DNA of 36,303 nt, taken from assembly GCA_031372565.1 (NCBI GenBank), contig JANMLN010000171.1, forward strand, positions 1 to 36,303. Direction: 5' to 3'. The stretch is from Gemmatimonadota bacterium. GTDB lineage: Bacteria; Gemmatimonadota; Gemmatimonadetes; Gemmatimonadales; Gemmatimonadaceae. The translations under genes were made by a program, and so were the position numbers. How positions within the stretch are numbered: the first letter of the stretch is position 1; every line of letters begins with the position of its first letter. This document shows, one piece after another, positions 1-10,500 of the stretch. The notes beneath the pieces were generated by a model. The model searched no databases. It was given only the letters and a program-made list of their open reading frames with translations, and was not told the DNA's origin.

Positions 1-1215
1 GCCGCATTGCTTGAGCCAATGGTGAGTCACGGATTCGCGGCCGCGCGCTTCCGGAACGGGCTCGTCACGGCCCAGATCGCCCTCTCCATGGCGCTGCTCA
101 TCTCGTCGGGGCTCTTCCTCAAGAGCCTCGCGAATGTCAGCCGCGTGGACCTGGGCATCCGCGTGGACGACATGGTGACCTTCGACATCAGCCCGCGTCG
201 CACCGGCTACGACAGCGCGAGCACGACGGCGCTGTTCCGTCAGGTGGCGGAGGAACTCCGCGCCATTCCGGGCGTCACCGCGGTCACCGAGTCCGTGGTG
301 CCGCTGCTGGCCGGCGACAACTGGGGCAACAGCGTGAAGGTGCAAGGCTTCCCGCACGGTCCCGACGTGGACGACAACTCGCGGTTCAATGCCGTGGGCC
401 CCGGCTTCTTCTCCACCATGGGGGTGACGCTCACCTCGGGACGCGAGTTCACGCCGTCGGACGAGGTGGGGGGCGCGAAGGTGGCGGTCGTGAACCAGGC
501 GTTCGCCGACAAGTTCAGGCTCGGCCGCGACGCCGTGGGCAAGTTCATGACCAACAGCGACACGGGGGCGCTCAACATCCAGATCGTCGGGCTGATCCCC
601 AACATCAAGTACAGCAGCGTGAAGGACTCGGTTCCTCCCGTGTTCTACCTCCCCACGCGGCAGGATGCCCGCATCGGGTCGCTGTACTTCTACGTCCGCA
701 CCTCGCTCGCCCCGGCCGAGTTGCTCGGTACCATCCGCACCGTGCTCAAGCGCCTGGCCCCCACGGTACCGGTGGAGGACCTGCGCACCATGCCGCAGCA
801 GGTGAAGGACAACATCTTCCTCGACCGGATGATCAGCGTGCTGACCGCCGCGTTCGCCTTCCTGGCAACGTTGCTCGCGGGGGTGGGTCTCTACGGCGTG
901 CTGGCGTACTCCGTGGCGCAGCGGACGCGCGAGATCGGGGTGCGCATGGCGCTCGGCGCCGACGGTGGCACCGTGCGCCAGATGGTGCTCAGGCAGGTGG
1001 GCGGCATGCTCCTCGTGGGCGGCGCCATCGGCATCGTGGCGGCGCTCGGGCTCGGGCGCGCCGCGCAGTCCCTCCTCTACGGCCTCCAGGGACACGATCC
1101 CCTGGTCTTCGGCGCCGCCGTGGTGCTGCTCGCCCTCATCGCGCTCGGCGCCGGATGGATTCCCGCCCGTCGTGCCGCCATGATCGATCCCATGCTGGCC
1201 CTCCGGTACGATTGA
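1..1215 (+). CDS. ABC transporter permease, MacB/FtsX family (ADOP-type duplicated permease); 5'-partial, C-terminal half only
   Basis: Frame is open from base 1. Motifs 'LVTAQIALSMALL', periplasmic 'VGPGFFSTMG..L..GREF', 'GLYGVLAYSVAQRTREIGVRMALGA' and terminal 'IPARRAAMIDPMLALRYD'. Stop TGA 1213-1215 overlaps the next ATG. Confidence 0.93.
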   Translation, partial: AALLEPMVSHGFAAARFRNGLVTAQIALSMALLISSGLFLKSLANVSRVDLGIRVDDMVTFDISPRRTGYDSASTTALFRQVAEELRAIPGVTAVTESVVPLLAGDNWGNSVKVQGFPHGPDVDDNSRFNAVGPGFFSTMGVTLTSGREFTPSDEVGGAKVAVVNQAFADKFRLGRDAVGKFMTNSDTGALNIQIVGLIPNIKYSSVKDSVPPVFYLPTRQDARIGSLYFYVRTSLAPAELLGTIRTVLKRLAPTVPVEDLRTMPQQVKDNIFLDRMISVLTAAFAFLATLLAGVGLYGVLAYSVAQRTREIGVRMALGADGGTVRQMVLRQVGGMLLVGGAIGIVAALGLGRAAQSLLYGLQGHDPLVFGAAVVLLALIALGAGWIPARRAAMIDPMLALRYD

Positions 1216-2459
1216 TGGACATCGCGCGAGAGAAGCCCAGGCGACGCGGGCGCAACGTGGCCATTGGCGTTGGCGTGGCGCTCCTCGTGATCGCCACGGT
1301 GGCGGTGTCGGGGCTCAAGCCCGCCGCGCCCACCGTGGAGCGCAACGCGATCCTCATCGACTCGGTCAGCCGGGGCGACGTGGTGCGCGAAGTGCGCGGC
1401 CCGGGCACGCTCGTGCCCGAGCAGATCCGCTGGATCACCGCGCAGGCCTCGGCGCGCGTCGAGCGACTGGGCGCCGAGTCGGGGCGACAGGTGGCGGCCG
1501 GCGACGTGCTGCTCGAGCTGTCGAACCCGGACCTGCGCATCCAGACCATGCAGGCCGAGCAGCAGGTGCAGCAGGCGCAGATCGCGTTGCTCAACCTCAA
1601 GACGTCGCTGCGCAGCCAGGTGCTCACGCAGGAAGGACTCGTGGCCACCACGCGCACGCAGTACCTGAGCGCGATGGCCGAGGGCGCGGCCGCCGACTCG
1701 CTCGGGGCACGCAAGCTGCTCTCGGTCATCGAGTCCACCAATCGGCGGGCGCAGGCTGAGGAGCTCACCGTGCGCTATCGGGTGGAGCGCGAGCGGCTGG
1801 ACCTGATGCGCCAGTCGATCGATTCGCAGGTGGCCGTGCAGGCGGCGCAGGTGGTGCAGTTGCGCGCCATTGCCGACAACCAACAGGCCCGGCTCCGGTC
1901 GCTGTCGGTGCGGGCCCCCGAGGCCGGCGTGCTCCAGGACCTCACGCTGCAATTGGGCCAATGGGTGCCCGAGGGGACCACGCTCGCCAAGGTCGTGCAG
2001 CCGGGCAAGCTCAAGGCCGTGCTGCGCATTCCGGAGTCGCAGGCCAAGGATGTGCAGCTCGGGCAGCCGGCCATGATCGACACGCGCAACGGCATCGTGA
2101 AGGGCCACGTGATGCGCAAGGATCCCTCGGCGCAGGGCGGGTCGGTGACGATTGACGTGGCGCTCGACGGACCGCTGCCGGCCGGCGCCGTGCCCGACTT
2201 GAGCGTGGACGGCACCATCCAGGTGGACCGGATGGTGAACGTGATGCACACCGGCCGTCCCTCGGGGAGCGCCGGCGCCGGCACCATGGGCCTCTTCCGG
2301 CTGGAGGCCAATGGCGACGAAGCCATCCGCGTGCCGGTGGAGATCGGCCGCGTGTCGGTGAATGCCATCGAGATCCTCCGTGGCCTCGCTGCAGGCGACC
2401 GGCTGATCGTGTCCGACATGACCCCGTACGTGAATGCCAACCGCGTGCGGATCAAGTAG
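1215..2459 (+). CDS. Efflux transporter periplasmic adaptor subunit (HlyD/MacA-type membrane fusion protein)
   Basis: ATG at 1215 overlaps the upstream stop (TGATG). N-terminal basic stretch plus TM helix, 'RGDVVREVRGPGTLVPE', coiled-coil hairpin, 'VRAPEAGVLQ' lipoyl half-motif, C-terminal 'GL..GD.LIVSD'. Confidence 0.92.
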   Translation: MDIAREKPRRRGRNVAIGVGVALLVIATVAVSGLKPAAPTVERNAILIDSVSRGDVVREVRGPGTLVPEQIRWITAQASARVERLGAESGRQVAAGDVLLELSNPDLRIQTMQAEQQVQQAQIALLNLKTSLRSQVLTQEGLVATTRTQYLSAMAEGAAADSLGARKLLSVIESTNRRAQAEELTVRYRVERERLDLMRQSIDSQVAVQAAQVVQLRAIADNQQARLRSLSVRAPEAGVLQDLTLQLGQWVPEGTTLAKVVQPGKLKAVLRIPESQAKDVQLGQPAMIDTRNGIVKGHVMRKDPSAQGGSVTIDVALDGPLPAGAVPDLSVDGTIQVDRMVNVMHTGRPSGSAGAGTMGLFRLEANGDEAIRVPVEIGRVSVNAIEILRGLAAGDRLIVSDMTPYVNANRVRIK

Positions 2460-2490
2460 TCCGCTTCGCCCACCCCTTCAGGACGCTCTC

Positions 2491-3204
<714 letters not shown>

Positions 3205-3206
3205 GC

Positions 3207-3260
3207 CGGTGGTGGGGTGGCCGACTCAGCCCGTGATCGGCGCCGCCCACGGCACCACCG
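3207..3260. terminator. Extended GC-rich hairpin between convergent genes; possible terminator or 3' stabiliser
   Basis: CGGTGGTG (3207-3214) pairs with CACCACCG (3253-3260), with inner GTGG/CCAC, CCGA/TCGG and TCA/TGA pairings. Starts 3 nt after the ATPase stop. No clear U-tract. Confidence 0.4.
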
Positions 3261-3315
3261 CGTACGTCACGAGTACCTCGTTGCCCGCTGCCGATTGGGC
3301 TTCCTTTCCCGCCGT

Positions 3316-4512
3316 CTAGGGATTCTGCGGGGCGGGAGCGGTGGGTCGCACGAGCGGCACACGCGGTCGGCCTCCCGGCCTCGGCGACGTCCGCTGCACC
3401 CGCGGCCCCTCCAGCTGCAGGTCGTCAAGCCCTTCCTTGGTCTCGATCACCCGACCGTCGATTGCCACGTACGTGATGTCCACGCGCCGATTTCGCGCGA
3501 GGTCGGTCACGTTCCCCTCGGCCGTCTTCAGGTTGGCCTTGCCCAGCGCCTGGAGCTGGATGCGCTCCGCCTCGATCCCCTTACCCACCAGGAACGCCTT
3601 CACCGCCTCGGCCCGGCGCTGTGACAGCGCCTGGTTGTACGCGGCGTTGCCGCGCGAGTCGGTGTTGCCTGAGAGGGTGACGCTCACGCCGGCATAGCGG
3701 AGCATCGAGTCGGCCGCGGCCTGCAGCACGCGCTTGCTGCCCGCCGACAGCGTGTCGAGGTTGAGGCCGAAGTGCACGTTGGGGGGCACACCGGTCAGCA
3801 GCTTCGGCGACGTGACCTTCACGTCGGGCACGGTGGACGGCGCCGGATTGCGGGCGATGTACAGCGTGTCGACGCGTGGCGGCGTCAGCTGTACCACCCC
3901 GGGCGGCGGGCGCGAGATGATCCCCACCGCGCCCATCGCGGCGACCTCGGCCAACCGCTGCGGCTTCTCGTTGGGGCACGACAGGTACCCCGCCGCCTCG
4001 AGCGCCGCGCGAACGAGGTGCAGTTCGAGCGCCGCCAGTTCCGCCGACACGCGCTCGAGGTCCTTCGAACCGCGCAGGTCGTCGGCCAGCTTCCACAGGT
4101 CCGCGCGAACGCGTGGTGCGTACGTCGGCGACGCGGTGCCTTGCGCCAACGCGGGCACCTCGCCGGTCTCGAGCGCGCGCGTGAGCTTCACCGCCTCGCC
4201 AAGCGCGTCGCTCGCCACGCTCCCCTTCGCATTGCCCTCGTACGTCTCGCGGGCGAGCGAGACCCACCGCTGCGCCTTCTCGAACGGATACTGCGACAGC
4301 GTCGGCAACCGGCGGCGCGCTGCGAGGAGCCGCCCCTGCCAGAGGTCCAGGGCCGCCTGGTCGCCGGCGATGACCTCGTCGGACAGCCGCTCGCTCACCG
4401 GGTGCAGCGTGGTGCGCTCCTCCCCCTGCGCGCCGAGCGACGGCGCCAGCAGCAGGAAGGCCGAGAGCAGCGTGGCGCGCCGCGCGCGCGTGGACATTGG
4501 CATGGGATTCAT
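3316..4512 (-). CDS. OmpA-C (peptidoglycan-binding) domain protein with signal peptide and helical N-terminal domain, about 398 aa
   Basis: ATG at 4512 overlaps the TGA of the giant gene. Signal peptide 'RARRATLLSAFLLLAPSLGA|Q'. OmpA-C motifs 'VHFGLNLDTL', 'GNTDSRG..AYNQALSQRRAEAV' and 'NRRVDI'. Pro/Arg-rich tail. Confidence 0.9.
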   Translation of the reverse strand: MNPMPMSTRARRATLLSAFLLLAPSLGAQGEERTTLHPVSERLSDEVIAGDQAALDLWQGRLLAARRRLPTLSQYPFEKAQRWVSLARETYEGNAKGSVASDALGEAVKLTRALETGEVPALAQGTASPTYAPRVRADLWKLADDLRGSKDLERVSAELAALELHLVRAALEAAGYLSCPNEKPQRLAEVAAMGAVGIISRPPPGVVQLTPPRVDTLYIARNPAPSTVPDVKVTSPKLLTGVPPNVHFGLNLDTLSAGSKRVLQAAADSMLRYAGVSVTLSGNTDSRGNAAYNQALSQRRAEAVKAFLVGKGIEAERIQLQALGKANLKTAEGNVTDLARNRRVDITYVAIDGRVIETKEGLDDLQLEGPRVQRTSPRPGGRPRVPLVRPTAPAPQNP

Positions 4513-7500
4513 CACTTGCTCCCGGCGACCGCGGGCGCCGAGGCGCCGCGCCCAAAGAGGGATTCGTCGAACTTGAAGGCGAAGTCGAGGTAGGCGCCCT
4601 TCATGGTGAAGCCGAAGCTGCTCAGGTCGCGATCGCGGTAGCCCCACATGTTGTACCCCACCGCGAGACGCAGGTTGGTCAGGATGATCCGGCCCACTTC
4701 GGCGCCCAGCCCGTACTTGCGCGCGGCGCCGCCGTCGTTGAAGAGCACGGAGCCGATGAGCCCCGCATCCCAGCGCGGAGTGAGGTCGTAGATGGCGCGC
4801 GCCATCAGCAACTGCGCGTCGCTGGTGGTGACGAACCCTTCGCTGCGGTCGGTGGCGTACTTGGCCGCCAGGCGCCCGCTCAGCACGAGCCGGGCGTTGG
4901 CTTGGTAGTTGAGCAACCCGGCCACGATGTGCGCGTCGAACCCTGTCGCCGGCAGCCCCACCGGCGTCTGGTTCTCGCGGCGCAGCTCATAGCGCAGGAG
5001 GCCGTTCCAGCGGTTCTCGTCGGTCTCGCGCCACGCCACGCCGAAGTGCGCGCGGAGCCGATCGCCGAGGGTGCCCTGCTGGTCGAACAGGCCGCGCGTG
5101 AGCAGCGTCCAGTCGCGCGAGAGCTTCTGCGCGATGCCGGCGCTGAACAGGTAGCCGTCCTGGCCGTTCTGGCGGCGCCACTCGGCCCGGCTCGTCACCT
5201 TGGTGGTGGCGGGACGGGTGTACTCGATGGCGCCGGTGACAGCCGTGGCGTTGCCGAGCCCCGCGCCGACCAGCGGTGCAACGCGCTCGAGGCTGGTGTT
5301 CACCAGCAGCCCGGGCCCGAGCGCCCACCGGTTGCGCAGGCCGATCGACGCCTCGGCGTCGCGACCGTTGATGGCGTCGCGTTCGCGATACTCGCTGAAG
5401 ATCTGCGCGTTCTTCATGTAGTCGGCATCGATGCCGAACACGGTGTTCTGCTGCGTCTGGCTCGACGTCAGCCCGTACGGGCCGGCGTAGCCGTCAATCC
5501 ACTCGTGGCGGGCATAGGCGCGGGCCCGGCTGGCGATCACGTACTCGCCACCGAGCGAGGCGCGCGTGGCCGAACCGCCCATGTCGCGCTCCAGCTCGCC
5601 GAACACCGACGATCGGTCGCTCCCAGGCAGCCGCGACGTGACCTTGGCGCGGAAGGCGGAGAACGAGGGCGGTACGAGCAGCCCGGTGGTGGCCGCCGAG
5701 GCGACCCCGGTCTCCTTGGCCCACCGAAGGCCCAGCTCGGCGCGGATCATCGTACCGAACGACCGTTCGAGGGTGACGAGCGCCCCGTCGCGCTTGCCCC
5801 CCGTGCGCAGGTCCTCGGTCTCGATGGCCTCGGCCAGCAGGCGCAGCTCCTTCGTCATGGCGAGCGTGGCGCGCGCGCCCAGCTCCTGCCGCCCGGTGCC
5901 GAAGGTGGCCGAGCGGTTGGCGAAGCCGATGCCGGCGCGGGTGCCGTAGACGCGCGCCTCGAAGCCGTCCTGCGCGTGCCGCAGCTCGAACCGGCCGGCG
6001 CGGCCGTCCTGGCCCGCCATGCCGGTGGCCTGCGCGACCTCGACGATGCCCACCGTCCGATCGGCGAAGCGGATGCTGGCGTTCGCGCCGAAGAGCTTGA
6101 GTGAGTCGAGCGGATTCTCGTCGAGCACCGCCACGCCGCCCACTTCCACGCGATCACCGAGCTTGACGGCGCCATCGGCGCCGTACGTGTTGTAGGCGAT
6201 GCCCCCCTGGTCCACCTCGTACGTGACGCGGATGGAGACGGGGTTGAGGTTCGCGTCGAGGCTGGCCACCGGAGCCCGGAAGAGCAGCCGGCCGGTGAAC
6301 GGCTCCACCGTGTAGTCGGCAAAGCGGGTCATGGGCCGCGACTGCAGGATGAGCGCCGGCTGGTTGCGATCGCGGGTGAGGATCTCCACGCGCTCGCTGT
6401 TGATCACCGCGTTCTGGCGCGACAGGAAGTACGGACCGGAGATGCCGCGCCCCGGCAGCTCGTCGATCACCTGCGAGATGGTGCCGCGCGCCGCATACAC
6501 GTTGGCGAGGCCGCGCGCGCCCTCCTGGTGCAGCTGGATGCCGTTGAGCGAGCGGTCCCACGAGCCGAGCAGGCGGCGCTCGTCGCTGCGCGCGGTGGCG
6601 AAGTCGCCGAACCGGTAGTACGAGGCGCCGTCGTCGATGCGCGCGTACAGCCGGCGCTGCGACTGGCCGTCGAACTCGCGCAGCGAGCCGTCGCCGTAGG
6701 TCGGGAACATCTCGTCGGGCTGGATGTCGCGGAACTGCGTCCGGTTCGGGTCGCGCTCGGAGTCAAAGCCCAGGGTGAGCAGCTTGTCGCCGAGCACGGT
6801 GCCCTTGGCGAAGAGCGCCGCGCGCAGGCCGCCGCGCACCTTCCCCGAGTCCTGCGAGAACGACCAGGCGGTGAGCCGCGACTCAAACGCCTCGTCGGGG
6901 GCACTCGTGACGAGCGAGCCGCCCGAGAAGGCCGCGAGGTCGATGCGTCCGGTGACGAGGCCGGCCACCACGAGCGCGCGGTTGGCGGGGGTGAAGGTGA
7001 TGGGGAGCGCCGACTGCGCATTGGGCGACGTGACGCGGATCTCGCCACGTCCCGGCTGCCCGGGCACGAGGAGCTTGAACATTCCCTCGCCGTCGGTCAC
7101 CACCACCTGCGCGCCCTGGTCGGTGCGATCCACGTCGCCCACGAGCCAGCGGCCGAGCGACGCCTCGAGCGTGACGGGCACCCGTCCGGTGAGCTTGTTC
7201 CCCTTGGCGTCGAACAGCTTGACCACCACCGGAATGGCGCTGGTGCCGTCGGCGGGATAGGCGGTGCCCGTGAGGCCCAGCTCCACGCGCCCGGCGCTGG
7301 TGCGCGTGCCGGGCATCAGCTGCGCGGCGCGGAGCGGCGTGGCCGGGAGGTTCGACGTGGCGTCGCTCAGGATGGGCGCGGCAATCGGCGCGGCGGCCGA
7401 GAGCACCGGCACCGCGGTGGGCGCCTCGGTGCCTCCCATGGGCGCGGCGCCTTCCATGCGCGACAGGTCGCCCTCGACCACCGGCATGGTGGGCGCGGCC

Positions 7501-10500
7501 TCACGAACCGGCACGCCGCCGCTGGCCGGCGGCGCCGTGGGCGGCGTCACCCCCGCGGCGATCGGCGCTCCCGCGCTCGTCGGCGCCACGGGCGGCATGG
7601 CCGCGCGGATCGAGTCGGCATTGGACCAGTCCACGGCCCGGGTGCTGTCCGGCTTCTGCGGGATGATGGCGGCCTCGGGCTCGCTCTTCCGGCGGCGCTC
7701 GCGAACCGCCAAGAGCACCTGCGCGTCGTTGGCCGTGGCGAAGTCGGCCTTGCCGAGCTCGCCCCCCTTCACGTCCACGAACCGGGAGGCGGCGTCGAGG
7801 GCGTTGCGGTTGCTCGTGACCACGAGGCGCGCGCCGACGGGCAGCGTCGTGGCATCCACCTTCACCACGTGCATCCCCGACGACACGTCCCAGAAGTTGT
7901 ACTTGCCCTCGCCGTCGGTGATGGCCGAGGTGCCGTCCTCGAGGTAGACGCGGACGCCCGGGATGCCGAGCTCACCCTGCGTCTGCATGCGCTCGTCGGC
8001 GCAGTCGCACGAGGCAAACACCTTGCCCACGATGACGCCGCGATCGCTGAAGACGCCGCGCCGCACGATCACCGCCGCCGCCGCGTTGTTGGCCTGCACC
8101 ACGAGGGTGCCGCTCGATGCGGTGGCGCGGTTGACGGACGTTCCGGCCCGGATGTTGGCGCCGATCTTCACGCGGTAGCTGACGTGCTTCTCGTCGCCGG
8201 GGTTGAGGGTCCCGAGCGGCCAGGTGAGGGCCGGGCCGGCGCCACCCGACGGGTCGGCGAACGCCACGCCCTCGAGCCGGCTGGTGCCCAGCTGGTACAG
8301 GAAGCCCGCCGGCAGCAGGTCGTTGATCTGCACGTTCGGCACCGGCGAGCGGCCAATGTTCTTGACGGTCACCGTGTAGTCGTTCACGCCGCCCACTTCC
8401 ACCACCGGCGACCGCGACACCTTCTGGATGAAGAGGCGGAAGTCGCCGACCACGCTCACCGTGGCGCAGGAGCGGTTGTTGGCGGTGTTCGCGTCGAGCG
8501 CGGCCGCCCCCACCGCGCAGTTGGTGATTGCGCCGTTGAGGTTCGCGGCGGCGCGCACCTTCATCGTCACGAGCACCGAGTCGCCGTCGGCGATCGGGGT
8601 GCCGGTGGAACAGGTCACCACCACGCCGGCCACGGCGCACGTCCATCCCGCGCCGGTGCCACTCGTGAACGTGAGGCCGGCGGGCAACGTGTCCACCACG
8701 GTCACCGTGCCCTGCGTGGGCACGTTGCCGCGGTTGGCCACGCGGAAGATGAAGTCGTTGTCGATGCCGCTCGTGAACTGCGCCCCGACGGCCGTCTTCA
8801 GGAGGTCGAGGTCCACCACGCCGCGCACGACGCTCGCCTTGCTCGCGCGGTTGTTGGTGGTGTCCACGTCGCCCGCCACGCTCGCGGCCACGCGGTTGGT
8901 CACGCCGGGGAACGCTGCCTTGCTCACCAGCGCGGTGAGCGTGATCGGCGTGGAGGCGCCCAGGGCGAGCGCCGCGGTGCTCGTGCAGGTCACCACCGCG
9001 CCCGCCGCCGCGCAGCCGAAGCCCGCGCCGGCCGCCGACTGGAAGGTCAGCCCCGTGGGCAGCGAGTCCACCACTATGAACCCGGCCGGTGCCGGCAGCG
9101 AACCCACGTTGGTCACCGTGAGGGTGTAGGTGGCGCTCGTGCCCACGTTCAACGTGTCGCCGCCGGTCTTGGCCACGGCCACGTTCACTTGGCCGGTGAC
9201 CACGGTGCGCACCGAGTCGCGGTCGTTGCCGCTCCCCACGTCGCCCGGCGTCAGCACGCGCGCGATGTTCGACACGGCGGGCACCGCCGTCACCCCCGGC
9301 GTGACCGCGAGGGTCACCACGGCCGAGGCACCGGCGGCGAGCGGCACCGTGCGCAGGCAGCTCACCACGCCCGCGCTCGCCGTGCACGCGAACGACGGGC
9401 CCGTGGCCGACACGAACGCCAGCGACGCCGGCAGCGAGTCGGTCACGCGAATGGTGTCGGTGGTCGCCCCGGTGCCGATGTTCTGCACGGTGAGCGTGTA
9501 GCTGGCCGCGGTGCCCACGCCGAAGGCGCCCACGGCAGCCTTGGTCAGCCGCAGGTCGGGCGTGGCCGCGACCGGCACGGCGCCCGTGGTGCCCGCATTG
9601 TCGCCCGTGACGGTCTCCCCCGGCGTGCTCACCCGTGCCGCGTTTGTCACGCTCGGCAGGGCGGCGGCCGCCACGTTCACCGTGACCGTAACGAGGCTCG
9701 AGTCCAGCCCGGCGATCGGCGCCGGCTGCGTGCAGGTCACCACGGTGGCCGCGCCCGGCGCCGCGCAGCTCCAGCCGGCGCCCGTGGCCGAGACGAAGGT
9801 CAACCCGGCGGGCAGCGTGTCGAGCAACGCGGTCACCCCGCTCGTGGCGATGGTCGCGACGTTGCGCACCACGAACTGGAACTGGGCCGTGCGACCCACC
9901 GCGAAGGCGCCGATCGCGCGCTTCACCAGCTGCACGTTGGGCGCGGCCGAGATCGTCACCGGCGCGCTCGACGCCGAGTCGTTGGCCGGCACGAGGTCGC
10001 CCGGGGTGCTGGCCCAGGCGCGATTCACGATCGAGGCCGGGGTGCCGACGCCGACGATGGCGCGCACCACGACCGATGCCGTGTCGCCCGCGACGAGCAC
10101 GGCCGCCCGCGCGCAGCTCACCACGCTCCCGGCCGCCGAGCAGCTGAAGGTGGACGGTTGCGCCGAGAGGAACACCAACGCTGTGGGCAGCGTGTCGGTG
10201 AGCGTCACCGCGCCGGTCGTGGGCCCGGACCCGCCGTTGCTCACGCGGAGCCGGAAGCTCGCCGTGTCGCCCACCGCGTAGCTGGCGGCCAGCGCGGTCT
10301 TGGTCATCGCGAGGTCGGGCACCACGGTCACGCCGATGGCCGGCGTGGTGGCGGTGTTGTTCGTGGCGTTCACGTCGCCCGGCGTGGTCACGGTGCCGCT
10401 CACGATCACGCTGGGGAGTGCCCCCGGCAGGACGTTCACGCTGATGTTCACGAACGAGGAGTCGCCCGGCACGAGCGGACCCGGGTTGGTGCAGGTCACC

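Noticed and set aside
4512..6980. Classical type Va autotransporter or TonB-dependent receptor call for the C-terminus
   Set aside because: Too large for a 12-strand autotransporter barrel, no terminal aromatic residue, and no TonB box or plug motifs that I could recognise.
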